A stretch of DNA of 64,000 nt from Octopus vulgaris (Eukaryota), in NCBI GenBank assembly GCA_951406725.2, contig OX597821.1:11284001-11348000 (forward strand), given 5' to 3'. A model generated the notes under the pieces. The model searched no databases. It had not been told where the DNA came from and was given only the letters and a program-made list of their open reading frames with translations. Below, piece by piece: positions 12,481-26,822 of this stretch (the stretch's first letter is position 1; the number at the start of each line of letters is the position of its first letter). The translations under genes were made by a program, and so were the position numbers.

Positions 12481-12991
12481 AAAAGGACTCACATGGAGCG
12501 TACACACTTTCTACCCAAAAACAGCGACAAACGTTTCTGCCAGCTCGCTGCCTTCGGAGCTATGCAATAACGCCAATGAAAATAACAGCAACAACCATGT
12601 TTTTCTTTTTTTTTTTTTTTTTTGGTGGGTGGGTGGGTTATATTTTTGGGAAGTAGATTAACTTAGGTTGGTCCTGAATAAGTATATAATCGAAAGTGCT
12701 CGATCTGCAACTTCATATCTTTTTACTACTAAAGAGTACCATTCAAAATACCGCATCTTTAGTTAATGTTACGATAACAGAGTGAGAGTTAGGATCTTTG
12801 GCTGCTAATTATAGCATATCGGATGACTGTATTGAAGATCCGTCGATAGTGTTATTTAATATGCTCTGTACAATTACGGTGTGGAGAAATTATTGTCAAA
12901 CAAGGTTTTACAAAGAGTATCTAGAGGCACCATGGATTATAACAAATATACTTGAATTAAGTAATTTTTGTAGCTGTGGATTTTGACGTAC

Positions 12992-13078
12992 ATAAATAAT
13001 AAGGCGTAAATACTGGGTGAAGAAACCGTTTCCATAGAAAAAGTCGTCAGCTGAGCGCGGGAAAGGAATGCACATTAC
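12992..13078 (-). CDS. Predicted internal exon (phase 0-0)
   Basis: ttttcag| VMCIPFPRSADDFFYGNGFFTQYLRLIIY |gtacgt, 87 nt. Confidence 0.55.
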
Positions 13079-13482
13079 CTGAAAACTTTTTCTATCCAAA
13101 CCACACTTTAACCCATTGTTTGTATGCTATGATTTATAACTTTATCTACTTCCGAATCCACCGTTCAAAAGATGGCTTTTTTCTTGTTGTCTTAATGTAT
13201 AAAAATGCTTATATTTTCAAAATTATAATTTAAGATTTTGCAAAATCCATACTAATTATTGAACACCTTAAATAAACATGTTTTTCATTTTGTGGAATAT
13301 AATTAACTAGCTGGCCCCTTGCCGTCAAAATTGCCATTTAATTGTAGTATTTTATATATAAATAAGATACAAAACCAAATTTTTATTTTAATAATTCTTT
13401 TATTACCAAATTTACAATATTCCTTTCAACTGCAGTCGTTCTATATACTTGATACACTGAAGTAATGATTATTTTCTCTAAT

Positions 13483-13700
13483 CAAGGCGGCGAGTTGGAA
13501 GAAACGTCAGTACATCGGGCGAAATGCTTAACGGCAGTTCGTATGTCTTAACGTTCTGAGTTCAAATTCCGCCGAGGTCGACTTTGCCTTTCATTCTTTC
13601 GGGGTGGATAAATTAAGTACGACTTGCGTACTGGGGTCGTTCTATTCGGCTGGCCCCCTCCCCCAAGATTTCAGGCCTTGTGCCTAGATTAGAAAAGAAT
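13483..13700 (+). mobile_element. SINE family 2 copy (tail variant A)
   Basis: aaggcggcgagttgg...ggccttgtgcctagattagaaaagaat. Confidence 0.85.
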
Positions 13701-14081
13701 TATTTTCTCAGATGTGTTTGTGTAGGTGTGGGACTGAACCCGGAACCATGTGGTTGGTAAGAAAGCTACTTAACACAGCCACTCCTGCGTGTATATTATG
13801 TTTGAAAAACTAAATACGTCATTCATGATGCATTTAAAAAATACTCAAACTTCACAATGGATATGTGCATTCTAGTACTAAATACGCCAGTAGCAGATAT
13901 GAATTTATATATTATTTATGCAACGTAGAATACGGAGAAAAATAATTTAAATAAAAATCAATTGTTCAAAATATCAATTTAATCTAAATAAAAGCTGTGT
14001 TGGTAAGTCATCAGCTTTTAATTCTATCAAATAAATTATAGGTGTCAAGCAGTAGATGGCAGATTGAAGACGCACATACAT

Positions 14082-14092
14082 TATTATTATTA

Positions 14093-14152
<60 letters not shown>

Positions 14153-14215
14153 GTGATAATGATAATAATAATAATAATAACAATAATAATAATAATAATA
14201 ATGGTGATAATGATG

Positions 14216-14296
<81 letters not shown>

Positions 14297-14318
14297 GTGA
14301 TAATGGTAAAAATAATAC

Positions 14319-14363
<45 letters not shown>

Positions 14364-14386
14364 TAATAATAATAATGGTGATAATG

Positions 14387-14443
<57 letters not shown>

Positions 14444-14457
14444 GTGATAATGATAAA

Positions 14458-14494
<37 letters not shown>

Positions 14495-14497
14495 GTG

Positions 14498-14592
<95 letters not shown>

Positions 14593-14600
14593 AAGAAGAA
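14082..14600. repeat. Long (AAT)n/(GAT) microsatellite followed by (AAG)n
   Basis: Directly visible; source of the poly-Ile ORFs. Confidence 0.97.
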
Positions 14601-14607
14601 TCATTAC

Positions 14608-14657
14608 CATTATACGCGCGCGAATAATACTAATACATTTCATATATATCTTGAGTT
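14608..14657 (-). CDS. Predicted internal exon (phase 1-0)
   Basis: ttaag| (E)LKIYMKCISIIRARIM |gtaatg, 50 nt. Weak AAG acceptor, but the phase bridges the flanking exons. Confidence 0.4.
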
Positions 14658-14680
14658 CTTAACTTACATTCAATTTAAAG

Positions 14681-14728
<48 letters not shown>

Positions 14729-15143
14729 ATCCATACATACATATATATGCATATATACATATATAAATATAGAGAGAGAGAGTGAGGGAAAGAGAAAGGA
14801 AGATAGATAGATTGATATATATATATTATATATGATTTATACACACATATATATATATGCATATATATATACATATATATGCATATATATATACATATAT
14901 ATGTATAAATATGCATATATATATGCATACTTGTATATACATGCATGTATGTGTATATATATGTATATATGTATTTGTGTGTGTATATATGTATGTATTA
15001 GTGAATGTACACACGCATATATATATATGTATGTATGTATGTACGTTTGTATGTATTAGTGTATGTACACACATATATATATATATGTATGTATGTATGT
15101 ACGTTTGTATGTATTAGTGTATGTACACACATATATATATATA

Positions 15144-15176
<33 letters not shown>

Positions 15177-15529
15177 TGTATGTACGTTTGCATATGTGTA
15201 ATACCTATGTAACTATATATTAGATATCGAAGCTTAAGTCGTGCGTCAATAGTGTATGTTTAAGTAATATATCTAATGAAACTACTAAAATGAAATGGAA
15301 TAAAATAAAAACTATACGTTAAGGCTAAAGCACAATTCCTAGTATCTATTTAATCAAATAAGAAGGAAATCACTTTATTTTATATATATATATTCCCCAA
15401 CACTATTTTCCTCTTAGTTTTTAATGCAATTATTAAATGACTTGTAAAGTTATAGAATATAAGCTATGAAGGACATATTAAGTATCGCAATCATCTTTTT
15501 TGATATATACACGTGGCTTAAAATGTTGA

Positions 15530-16230
15530 AGGAATGGTCTAGTCGGTTAAATTAACACCAGTGCTCAAACTATTTCATCCACCTCGAAACTAATTTGAAT
15601 TGGGGACGTAAAGCGGACGAAACACCACAATGCATTTTCCCCAGCGTGCAAGATTCTTATTTCTTTATTGTCCACAAGGGGCTAAACATGGAGGAGAGAA
15701 ACACAGATAAACAAAGGGTTTAAGTCGATTACATCGACTCCAGTGCGTAACTGGTACTTAATTTATCACCCAGCGTGCAAGATTATGCCAGCTTCACACC
15801 TGACAATAAACGTCATAATAATCATATCAGATTTAGATACAAGACCAGGAGTGGAAGGAGTCAGTCAATTACTTTGGCCTCTATACTCACCTGGTATATA
15901 TTTTATCGACGCCGAAAGAATAAAAAGCAAAGTCGATCTCAGCGGAATTTAAACTCAGAAATGTAAAGACAGACAAAATGCTGCTAAGCATTTTCTCGTC
16001 GTGCAAATGATTCTGCTAACTTAGCCTCCTTCTGAATATTGGTATCAAATTTTGGCACAAGGCCAACACTTTCGGGAAAGAGGATCAATCCATTACATCG
16101 ACTTCAGTGATCAAATGGTACTTATTTTAAAGGATGAAAGGTAACATTGACCTCAGCAGAATTTGAACTCAGAGCGTTAAGGAGAAAATGCGGTTAAGCA
16201 GTCTGTCCGACATTCTTTTAGGGTACCGAT
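15530..16230 (-). mobile_element. Cluster of degenerate SINE family 2 copies
   Basis: Repeated ggaatttgaactcaga and atcgac..cagtg..actggtac motifs. Confidence 0.7.
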
Positions 16231-16329
16231 TTTTTTTATTATTAAAAATGATAATTGATAACAGATCGATAGAGAAACATATATACAGACATACAGACAA
16301 ACAGTAAAACAGGCACATAGACAGACAGT

Positions 16330-16702
<373 letters not shown>

Positions 16703-17025
16703 TCAAAGGCCGAGAGATTCATGCAAGTGCAATACATTGTTTCGGGCTTTGAGTCAAGCATGAAACTTCAAATTAAAGGAAATATTTAGCTTTATAACAC
16801 TGACATTGTTTTCTTTGTTTGTGTGTGTTTGTATGTGTGTGTATATATATATATTTCTTTACTACCCACAAGGGGATAAACATAGAGGGGACAAACAAGG
16901 ACAGACAAAGGGATTAAGTCGATTACATCGACCCAGTGCGAAACTGGTACTTTAATTATCGAACGTAATGACAGACGAAATACCGCAAATCATTTCGCCC
17001 GACGCGCTAACGTTTCTGCCGTGTG

Positions 17026-17114
<89 letters not shown>

Positions 17115-17618
17115 GTGTGTCTGTAGGCGCATGAGAGGGCTGAATGGTTAAAAAGTTGGCTTTACAAACCCGTTGCGTAGTAACATGCACTTATGTTAGT
17201 TTTTCTATATATTCTTGCCGACCCATTTTTTACCAGTGAAATTGGGTAAACGTTAACCGCAAAAATGCTCGTCGAGCAGGCTATATTACCTCTTGTTCAA
17301 AAGTACAGTTTAGTCACTCACTATGAAACACTGATTGATTCCGGCTCAGACCTCCAAGTGTCTTTTCCTTGCCCTCCCACTTAATTTTTCAGAAGTAGAT
17401 AATCCAATTGATTAAACAAGTGAATCTTCCTCTTTCAATGACAGAGATCCATTACCACCATCACTACAAACATACACACACATGCACACATACACACACA
17501 CGCACACGCACATTCACACACACATATTTACATACACGCATGTACTCATACACACATATACATGCACACAGTCAGATATAAGTCAGATATGGTACTAATT
17601 ATTCATAGACATTGTTTA

Positions 17619-18180
17619 TCTATTATATAAAATCCTTTCCGTCTGTCTATCTGTGTGTCTTCTAGGATCTCGAGCATCCTCCATCCGATTGCGCTCATTT
17701 CTGATATATAGATACCGACGGTATCAGGGCATCTATAAGTCTTGAAAAAATTGCAAAAATCGATTCCAGGTGAGAATGCGAATGCGATCGATAGAGCCCT
17801 TTTTGTCCTGCTTTTCTTCCGTCAACCTGTACATAACTGCACCTTCCATTTTTTGTTGTTTTTGTACTGCTTAAAGGCACGTTTCTTTCCTACCAAGCTT
17901 ACTGTTTAAATCATATTTGTGTTCTCCAAGTCAACAGCCTTATCATTACTGGTACTTTAAAATCTTCGGTTGCAGATTTGTGTGAATAAAATCGTTTTTC
18001 TTTGAAATAGAATAAAAGTCTATCTTTATTTCTTATTTTGCTGGTATCTCAAATTTAGGTTAAATCAGGGTTTCTCAAAGGGGAGGCTTATGGAACGGTC
18101 GGACATGTTATTTTGAGAGAATTTGGTTTAAATGTTTGACAACTCAGCACCGTCCATTGGACGGGAGGCGTTTTGCTCGT
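17619..18180 (+). mobile_element. Non-autonomous Helitron-like element
   Basis: A|TCTATTATATAAAA start, gtctgtct repeats, 3' hairpin ccgtcc-att-ggacgg then CTCG|T. A homologous copy lies at 55170-56172 (-). Confidence 0.7.
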
Positions 18181-18443
18181 ATTTATATATTTTATAAACA
18201 TTGATTTGAAATTTTGGCGCAAAGCCATCAATTTCGTGGTGGGAGGGGAGATAAATCGATTATATCGACAACATTGTTCAAAGGGTACTTATTTTATCGA
18301 CCCCCAAAAGGATGAAATTCAAAGTTAACCTCAACGGAATTTGAACAAAACGTTAAGAAATATATTTATGAATATTGATCGAAGAAAATACATTTTATAA
18401 CATCCAAGTGAATGAAAGCACCTAAGAATAATAATTAGAATAC

Positions 18444-18538
18444 CTTGTTTTATAAAATCAAGTACATTTGAATGTACAGGACTAACATCGACGGAATGCC
18501 ATTTAGGAGTGTTACATAAATACCATAAATCTCTACTC
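18444..18538 (-). CDS. Predicted internal exon (phase 2-1)
   Basis: gtttccag| (R)SRDLWYLCNTPKWHSVDVSPVHSNVLDFIKQ aag|gtattc, 95 nt. Confidence 0.55.
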
Positions 18539-18672
18539 CTGGAAACATTCTAATAGGGTTACATTGGCTTATACTTCCTAGTCATCATTTCCCGCTGTCT
18601 CTGCCTGTTATATAATGCGCAGCAACATGAGACGAATGCTTCCACAGAATGAGTATATGTTATTGGACATAC

Positions 18673-18718
18673 CTCATATTAGTTTTATACGTCATATTAG
18701 TTTCCTCTTCTGTACTTG
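18673..18718 (-). CDS. Predicted internal exon (phase 1-2)
   Basis: ccctcttcctaag| (A)STEEETNMTYKTNM ag|gtatgt, 46 nt, strong donor. Confidence 0.5.
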
Positions 18719-19867
18719 CTTAGGAAGAGGGCATTTAATTTTGGAGTTTTCCATCTCCGAGATTTTTCACTGCTGCTAAGGAGCTCAATCTACCCTTACA
18801 AAAATCTATGTAACCAACAGTTAGGACCCTGGACAGGTACTACAATTCCGGGTCAAATTGAACCTGGAAGTAATTGTGAATAAGGAGCGGTTCCAGGCTC
18901 CCCACAACTCCTGAACTGGAGCCTCACCACCGGAAGCAGTTTAATGTCAAACTCAGAACTGCTTCTTTTACAATATCGTTTAAATATGGGTATATGAATG
19001 GGTTAAAGATGAAATTGGGATATAAAATAACTAGTATGGAGAAATACAAAACTCAGAGAAAGAAATTACTCTTTAGAGGCTAATTGCTGAATAATAGTGT
19101 ATGCAATCACTATGAGAATGTAAGAAATATGAACGCACGTGGTCGCATTGTGTAGGGAATACGATCGCACGTGGTCATATTCTTAACGAGTTATTATAAG
19201 CCATAAATACAATGCAGTACCAAAAGAACATAGGTGAATTGACGACAAGCCTTCGGTTGAGAGATAAATATTATTTTATTTACAATCGTGCTGATGTTAG
19301 AAGTTTGTAAGTGTTAGCACGTATGTGCGTATGCAACACGTTTTTGTGTATGTGTGTTCGTGTGTGTGACAGATACAATCAGGGTGAATGCGTGTGGCAT
19401 AGAAAGGTACAAAGCATAGAGTTAATAATGGAAATTGGTTTACAGTTTGTATGGCGAAGATGTTAGAGGCGACTCGAAGTTGGTACATGATGGTGGCGAC
19501 GGCGAAGATAGTAGGCTTTCTGTGGTGAGTGTTCATTAGCGTCGTCGCTATTTAATTGTTCAACAGAGCAAAATAGCAAATCAACTATATTACACACTAT
19601 CATTGTGTTGTTGAATAAATGATAAAAGCAATCAGAGTCAAGAAAAAACGCTGCAGCTCTTTTTCATTTTGAATGGGGAAAATATATATTTGCTTGTGAA
19701 GACTTCATGGATGCATTGCTCTTTAGCTGAAAGAATATGCTTTGACTATTTAGAAGTAGGTGATAATTATTCAATACTTTATCAGTAAGACATGTAAGAA
19801 TGCCTCCAAACATCCAGATTGTGATAGAAAATGTCGATTGTTTCATTTTCCACAAGCACTCTCTTAC

Positions 19868-19938
19868 CCAGAGATACTACAATGTTGCGAAAACCAGTTA
19901 TAACACTATTTGCGCGAAGAATTGCCCTGGTAGTCTCG
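19868..19938 (-). CDS. Predicted internal exon (phase 2-1)
   Basis: ttcttactctag| (S)ETTRAILRANSVITGFRNIVVSL g|gtaaga, 71 nt. The other two frames contain stops. Confidence 0.6.
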
Positions 19939-21600
19939 CTAGAGTAAGAATGCACTCACACCTTTCAAAATAAGGAACTCTGATGGAACATCTTATATAA
20001 GCAGCGAATCAATGCGAGAGCCATTGGCATGATAATAATCTTATGGGACAAGAAACAAAGTTATGCGCTGCAAAAGAGGCCAGTTTCCCAGAAAGAGTGC
20101 CTCTTTGACTCGGATTGCAAAAAAATGAATTAAGGCGAACTAACGCAGAAATTACTGCTTATATTTTTCGGTAAAAAGATTTGTACTGATTATATGAAGT
20201 GCATTGGGCTTCGTTGAAACAGATTTGCATACAATAGAAAAAAACACGAAATGCTAGAGTTTTCTAGTAAAGAACAAAACGAACGCACTGACTCGCTTAG
20301 TTCGCATGCAATTGGTTAGTGGTACGTTAAAGATTTATAAAACAGACCAAACATATTCCATTTGAGTCAACGAAAATGAAGACATACACACAACCACATG
20401 TATAATTAATATTCAAAAGTACACTAAAATTGTCGAACACACTTAAGTACTAATAGTGTCACTACATGAGGGAAAATATAGCAACGCATATAGAATTGCA
20501 TTTATATTCACGAGCTCTCACACATATATTCACAAAACCCCGAAAATGCTTTTAACTCAAACGAAAGAGCTTAGTATATTTATGACCAGCTTCATAATTT
20601 TGAGTACATCTCAAAGAATAGAACCTGTATATATATATATATGCATGCGTACAAATGTATATACATACATATATACACACATACATACATACATACATAC
20701 ATACATACATACATACATACATACATACATACATACATACATACATACATACATACATACATACATACATACATACATACATACATACACGCACATATTA
20801 ACACATTCAAATATATATACATTCACAAATGACTTCCCAGCGGGTGTCAAAATTTCATTGAGAGAACATTGTTTCTGGGGTAGAAACCAGCTCTTTCTCA
20901 TTTGTCGAGAAAGTAAAAATATAAAACCAGACACACATGCTCTCACACACACACACAAACGCAAACAAACAAATAATCACACATGCACATACACATGTGC
21001 GTATGTACCTCTGCATGTATAGAATATAGAGGGTGAGCTTAGCAACAACACTTGTCTTTGAGTTTACTAAACAAGTGGTGATAAATTATAAAATTAATGT
21101 ACATTTAGCGATGCTCATTAAAGGACAAAATGCTATTTCATTATTGTCATATTTATAAACTTTCCTTTGATCTACACTCGAACAAAATGAAACATCGCAT
21201 AAACATACGTTCCAAATATAAATACACAAACATTGTGAGTGTGCATGCGTGTGTGAGTAAGCCTCTATGTGTGTGTATGTGTGAGTGTGCCTCTATGTGT
21301 GTGTATGAGTGTGTTTTCGTGCCTGTGCCTATGTGTGTGTTTGTGTATGTGTGTATTGTTATATACAATGACAATCCGAAATAAACCAAACTTTCATAAC
21401 AAGACAACTACCTTCCAGAGCAGTGTGTTCGAGAGTTCAGTGTTGTGTGTGGATGACCTAAGCCTTTAGACTATTTGTAAACACATAATATTTGTTAGTT
21501 ATATAGATAGATAACTAACAAATATGTGCTAGAGCCATGAGTATCATGGGAAAACTACAGCCCATGGGATTTTGTGAATGGCCCGCCAACGGAAAATTAC

Positions 21601-21681
21601 CTTGAATATTCTCGTAATACAGTTCGCGTGAAGATGAACCATGTTTCAATGAGGCGCGGTTCTCGTAAAATCTGCTCGTAC
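21601..21681 (-). CDS. Predicted internal exon (5' boundary 21681 or 21671)
   Basis: (YEQ)ILREPRLIETWFIFTRTVLREYS ag|gtaatt. Phase-2 end matches the 19868-19938 exon. Confidence 0.55.
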
Positions 21682-21835
21682 CTGTACAAGTTTTAACGTA
21701 TGGTAAATACACTTGATGGAGTTCGTAATGAAGGAACGGGTAGAGCAACGTGACTGCATGGAATTTTCTTTCTAATGGGGTAAAGAATTTACTGAGATGT
21801 AACTTAAAGTACAACGAGCTAATGTTGACGATTAC

Positions 21836-21911
21836 TTGAGTCATGCGCAATATCAGAGTTGATGCCATTGTTTTAAGTCCCGGAGAGTTTTCATAGAAAA
21901 CGATCACACAT
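21836..21911 (-). CDS. Candidate internal exon (phase 2-0)
   Basis: gttgtccag| CVIVFYENSPGLKTMASTLILRMTQ |gtaatc. Requires the 21671 acceptor of the next exon. Confidence 0.4.
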
Positions 21912-22291
21912 CTGGACAACATTGCTAAACCATAGAAAAAGATGATATAGAGAAATAGTGTGTTCAACTCTGCAAAACTCATCACCCAAATGTATTTGGA
22001 GTACCCACCACTCAACAAAATGTTGTCTGTAAAAGTTCATGCTTTGCGATTTGTTGATGTGTTTTGTTGCTATAAAATTTGGGCTAATAAAAACATATAT
22101 GTGTGTATGACTGTATATATGTTTATGTGTATGTGTATATGTATATTTATATAAATATATATTTGAAGTACATACATATATATAAGTATATAGATACATA
22201 ATGCACACACACACACACATATATATATATATACATAAATACATACATATATATATATACATACATATATATATGTGTGTGTGTATATATG

Positions 22292-22325
<34 letters not shown>

Positions 22326-22935
22326 CTTATAGATTTGTATACATACCTATATATAAACATATTATATGTGTGTGTGTGTGTGTATACATACATATACACA
22401 CATAAACACATACACATCCCAAGAGAGGGAGAGATAGGTAGAAAGAAGGAAGGCGGAGGAAGAGAGGTCGAGAAAGAAAATATTCTCTAATTAAAGTGAA
22501 CTTTATGTTATACATCTTTGTTCCTTCTCTTGTAATTATTTAACAAATGGTTTTCAGTTTCTTAAGTCTACCTTAGAACATTTTTAATTAGTTATTTATT
22601 TATTATAGATCGAAATCTGATAGTCTGTTTTGTTTGTAATAAATTATAGAATAAATAGCATATATGTTTTTGTATAGGATTTATAGAATGTGTAGCTAAG
22701 AGGACATCTTTTCATATATAGGTTTCGTTTCATTAGAACATAATACCGGTGGTTTCATAATTATTTCTTTACAATGTTTTGTCAATTTTACTTTGTCACA
22801 CAAATTTACAGAGACGTTACAGCAAGTGCCAGCCTGAGAATATGTACGTGGTCTCACCGTCTGCAATAGGTTATACACATATTTACCAAAGGAGCACATT
22901 AGAAAGCGAAGTTTTCTCGCCATACATACTCTTAC

Positions 22936-23038
22936 AAAAATGAGATGGGATTGTCACAGTTGTAAGGTATTTGATCATATGTTTGCTTGATTAGGGACTG
23001 CCGATGACAAACCACCATATAATTCACTACGATTGTTT
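22936..23038 (-). CDS. Candidate internal exon (phase 1-2)
   Basis: attcgttag| TIVVNYMVVCHRQSLIKQTYDQIPYNCDNPISF tt|gtaaga, 103 nt. Confidence 0.45.
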
Positions 23039-23831
23039 CTAACGAATTCGTAATTAATTGATGGACACATTACATCATTAGGAAAAAGCCGTTTTCATCA
23101 GATATATATATGAGCAACGACATTTAGAAGCGTTCAAAAATCAATGGCATATGCACCTTCATGATTCTACAAGCCTTACTTGTCATAGAATGAATTTGTT
23201 AGTTCAGATGGGTAGTAATACAGCAGAAAACAAGATGTCGTGTGTGGGTAGTGGGTATCTAAGATTTATAGTATTGATGGAAGTTAAAGTACTGGGTAGG
23301 TGGGGGTAGGGCGGAGAAGCATCTCGCCCCTACAAATAAGATAGAGTTAGTTCCGTTTATCTTTCAACTAAGTTCAACAAGAGTTTTAGGTAACCCAGTT
23401 ATTTATATAATTACTTATTTAACAGCCTTTTTATGTGTCTGATTTATTACCAGAAGGAAATGCTATAGAGATACAAAGTCTGAGATTCTACGGGGAGTTG
23501 GGTTTGAATAATACTGGTCATCCTATCAATAAATAGATGAAGAAGAATAAAATAAAGGGTGTACAATAAAAAAATAATTTTAAAAATACATGAAAGTAAA
23601 AGTAAGAGAAAGATTGTGATAAAAAAATTAAAATGAAAAAAAAGAGGTTACAATTTAAAAAGGGGTTAAAATTAAAAACTGGGGATACAATAAAAATATA
23701 TGGATAATAGTAAAAATAGAATTGGTAGATGGGGACTTTGTAAGTAATACCATAGGAATTATAAAGATAATTAAAATGTAGTTAGAAATAGTATAATGGA
23801 ATGAAGAAAAGAAAAGATAAAATAAGGTATA

Positions 23832-24286
23832 ACGTGGTCTGATAAATATGTATGCGGATTGTTGTCATAGTAATAAAGCTAAAGCTCGCAGAATAAAGAC
23901 GCTCGGTGCACATTGACCATGAATTCTGCTGTGCATGCACATTAAGTTTTAAGGTTCTAGCTCACTTCCGCTGTTTACAGCAGTGCTTGGAAGTAACGGG
24001 AGAAGCGTGTGATCGTCGCATTGACAATGGCAGCGGAAGTTGAGCAGAGAATCTGCATCAAAATTTCCCCAAAGCTTGGCGATACCTGCTCCGAGGCCTA
24101 CGCACAGTTTTCAAAAGGTTTTCATCGTTCTCGACACAATCAAGAATATTTTGTGCAACTAAAACTAGAATGTCTTTTTGGCCAGCTGAAAGCAGTTTTG
24201 GAAGATACACGCCTCATACACAAATATTCAATGATTATGAACTGAACTGAACTGTAACTAATTTGTACATCCTCTGATAACTCACA
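23832..24286 (+). mobile_element. Mariner-derived non-autonomous element (rearranged, partial)
   Basis: Degenerate TIR, then [12 protein letters not shown] on +, then inverted transposase DNA. Homologous to 41662-42342. Confidence 0.75.
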
Positions 24287-25300
24287 TTATATAAGAATAA
24301 TGAGTTCAATAAATTTATTTAGTTCAGAGTGATCAATTTCCTTCCATTTATCTTTGTAAACAACATGACCTGCAAAATTTGTCCATTTACGAATTACTTC
24401 AAGAAGAATCTGGCACATAAAGATAGTAAAACATGTTTCAGTGCTATCGCAATACCTTTTAGCAAAGCAGGATGGTCCACATACTTGGCGAGAATATTGC
24501 AAAATGAAGTTCTTACTGCTGCTTGGGTAAGAGGATAAGAATGCCAAACATCTTGTCTGTCTCTAGAAACATATTGCTCACTCATTATTGGATGGCTTGC
24601 AGAAAATTGTTTATGAGTATCTTCATAATCTGATGTCCAGCACTTTCACCACCATCTTCAGAGCAATAGAAGGAATTACTACTATCTTCTTCCCATTCTT
24701 CATCTAATTCCAGTAACCTTTCGATATTCGGTCTTCACTCAAGTTTTCACGTCTAGGCATATTGGAAAGCACAACTGGACTATATGAAACTTGATAGCAG
24801 TGTAAAGGCAGATATTGCTCTCTCACATATTAATACTCTCCTTAAAGATGATGCAATATATTGTAAGACTTGCGTCATCACATAGAAATACTGAATCACC
24901 CTGTAACCTAGCAGATCGAAAGTGATGCAATACCGCGAAAATTTACAGGAATATTTTCATTATTTTTCCTGTTTTATCTAAAACTCAGTAAATAAATTGA
25001 AAACAATTTTATCTATTTTATATCTGAATATCTAGGAAAATAATATTTGATACTGCTTTTATTCTGTTTAGAATGACAAGAGTATTGTCTGAATTTGATT
25101 CGAGAATCCAATGAACCCATACGGTAATTAATGTATAAAGTGAAATTTTCTAGCTTTTATAAACATACGGAAAATTTCCCATTTGACAAATAAAAGAGTC
25201 AGAAAAAACAAGTCACGAGAATCAGCAGAATCAAATAATATAAACAGTGGGAAAAAGCAACAGAAAAACTGAAATGGGTCTATGGGACCCATTGATAGAC
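24287..25300 (-). mobile_element. piggyBac/PGBD-like transposon 5' fragment
   Basis: GPSCFAKRYCDS..CFTIFM..LLEVIRKWTN..VYKDKWKEIDHSELNKFIELIILI resembles the N-terminal DDE_Tnp_1_7 region; frameshifted. Confidence 0.65.
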
Positions 25301-25304
25301 AGAA

Positions 25305-25345
<41 letters not shown>

Positions 25346-25483
25346 TACAAGGGTACTACGCGAGCACCTCCATCGCTTGTGACTATTCCGTGGTGCACAA
25401 GTATATTTAACTTCTATATTTAGTGATGCAGGTGCTCACGTGCTGCCTTTGTGTGTGTGTGTGTATATGTGTGTGTATGTATG

Positions 25484-25533
<50 letters not shown>

Positions 25534-25590
25534 TTATATATACTATATATACACATATACATATGTATATGTACATATATACATGCGCAG

Positions 25591-25639
<49 letters not shown>

Positions 25640-26394
25640 TATAAATATATATACATATATATATACATATACATATGTATATATATGTATGCATGTATGC
25701 ATATATGTATGCAGCATATGTAAATGTGTGTGTATACATATATATATATATATGTATGTAAGTATGTATGTATTTATGTATTGCATTTACATATGTGATT
25801 TTGCTTGTCTCTGTTTCGTGTATATCACTACAGATATGTATCCTGAAACCAAGAAAAAACTATATTGAATCAAAAAATAATCCATTTCTGTTATCGGGCC
25901 TTGTGCATTGATATTCTTCTTCAATTATATTTTGATTAGCGCAGATATTTATAAAGCAAAGTCAATTTCACAAATTTTATTGAATCGAAAGTTTTCCTCT
26001 TAATTGAATTAATTATAGAAATAAATAAATATTTTGGCTTATATTTTGCGGCATAGATGAAACTATCTGGTTTGACTTTACTCTGTATTTTTAATTAACC
26101 TTTGACATATGACCTAGATTTTTCCTTTCTAATTATTTCTTTATGAAACACAATGAATTAAGCTGCAATCCACAGTTTAAGTGAACAAAGAGGCGTAATA
26201 AAGTATGTACAATATATGTAGAAACACAGTTTGGGGACATAATGCGTAGATATAAGTTTCTATGCGTGTATACGTATGTGTGTTTATGTAAAGGAAATGA
26301 GTATATGTATAGTTATTGCATACAGATATAAATGTACATGAATGTAGATATACGTAGCTATATAGATGTGTAAATAGCCATGTATAAAATATAT

Positions 26395-26614
26395 ATTTCT
26401 TTACTACCCACAAGGGGCTAAACACAGAGAGGACAAACAAAAGGATTAAGCCGATTACATCGACCCCAGTGCGTAACTGGTACTTAATTTATCGACCCCG
26501 AAAGGATGAAAGGCAAAGTCGACCTCGGCGGAATTTGAACTCAGAACGTAACGGCAGACAAAATACGGCTACGCATTTCGCCTGGCGTGCTAACGTTTCT
26601 GCCAGCTCGCCGCC
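26395..26614 (-). mobile_element. SINE family 2 copy
   Basis: Near-identical to 3749-3975; gccatgtataaaatata occurs on both flanks (probable TSD). Confidence 0.9.
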
Positions 26615-26628
26615 ATGTATAAAATATA

Positions 26629-26822
<194 letters not shown>

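Noticed and set aside
14011-14662. Poly-Ile ORFs of 206-210 aa
   Set aside because: Translation of an (AAT)n microsatellite.
19151-19594. Solo LTR (TGTA...TACA)
   Set aside because: No clean 4-6 bp TSD at the TG..CA boundaries and no second copy in the window.
19640-19727. Exon after acceptor attctttcag (AKEQCIHEVF..)
   Set aside because: No convincing donor before the in-frame stop.
21515-22018. 167-aa ORF as a single-exon gene, including YEN motifs
   Set aside because: Its frame over 21601-21681 is phase-incompatible with the next exon; the region is better explained by two exons in different frames.
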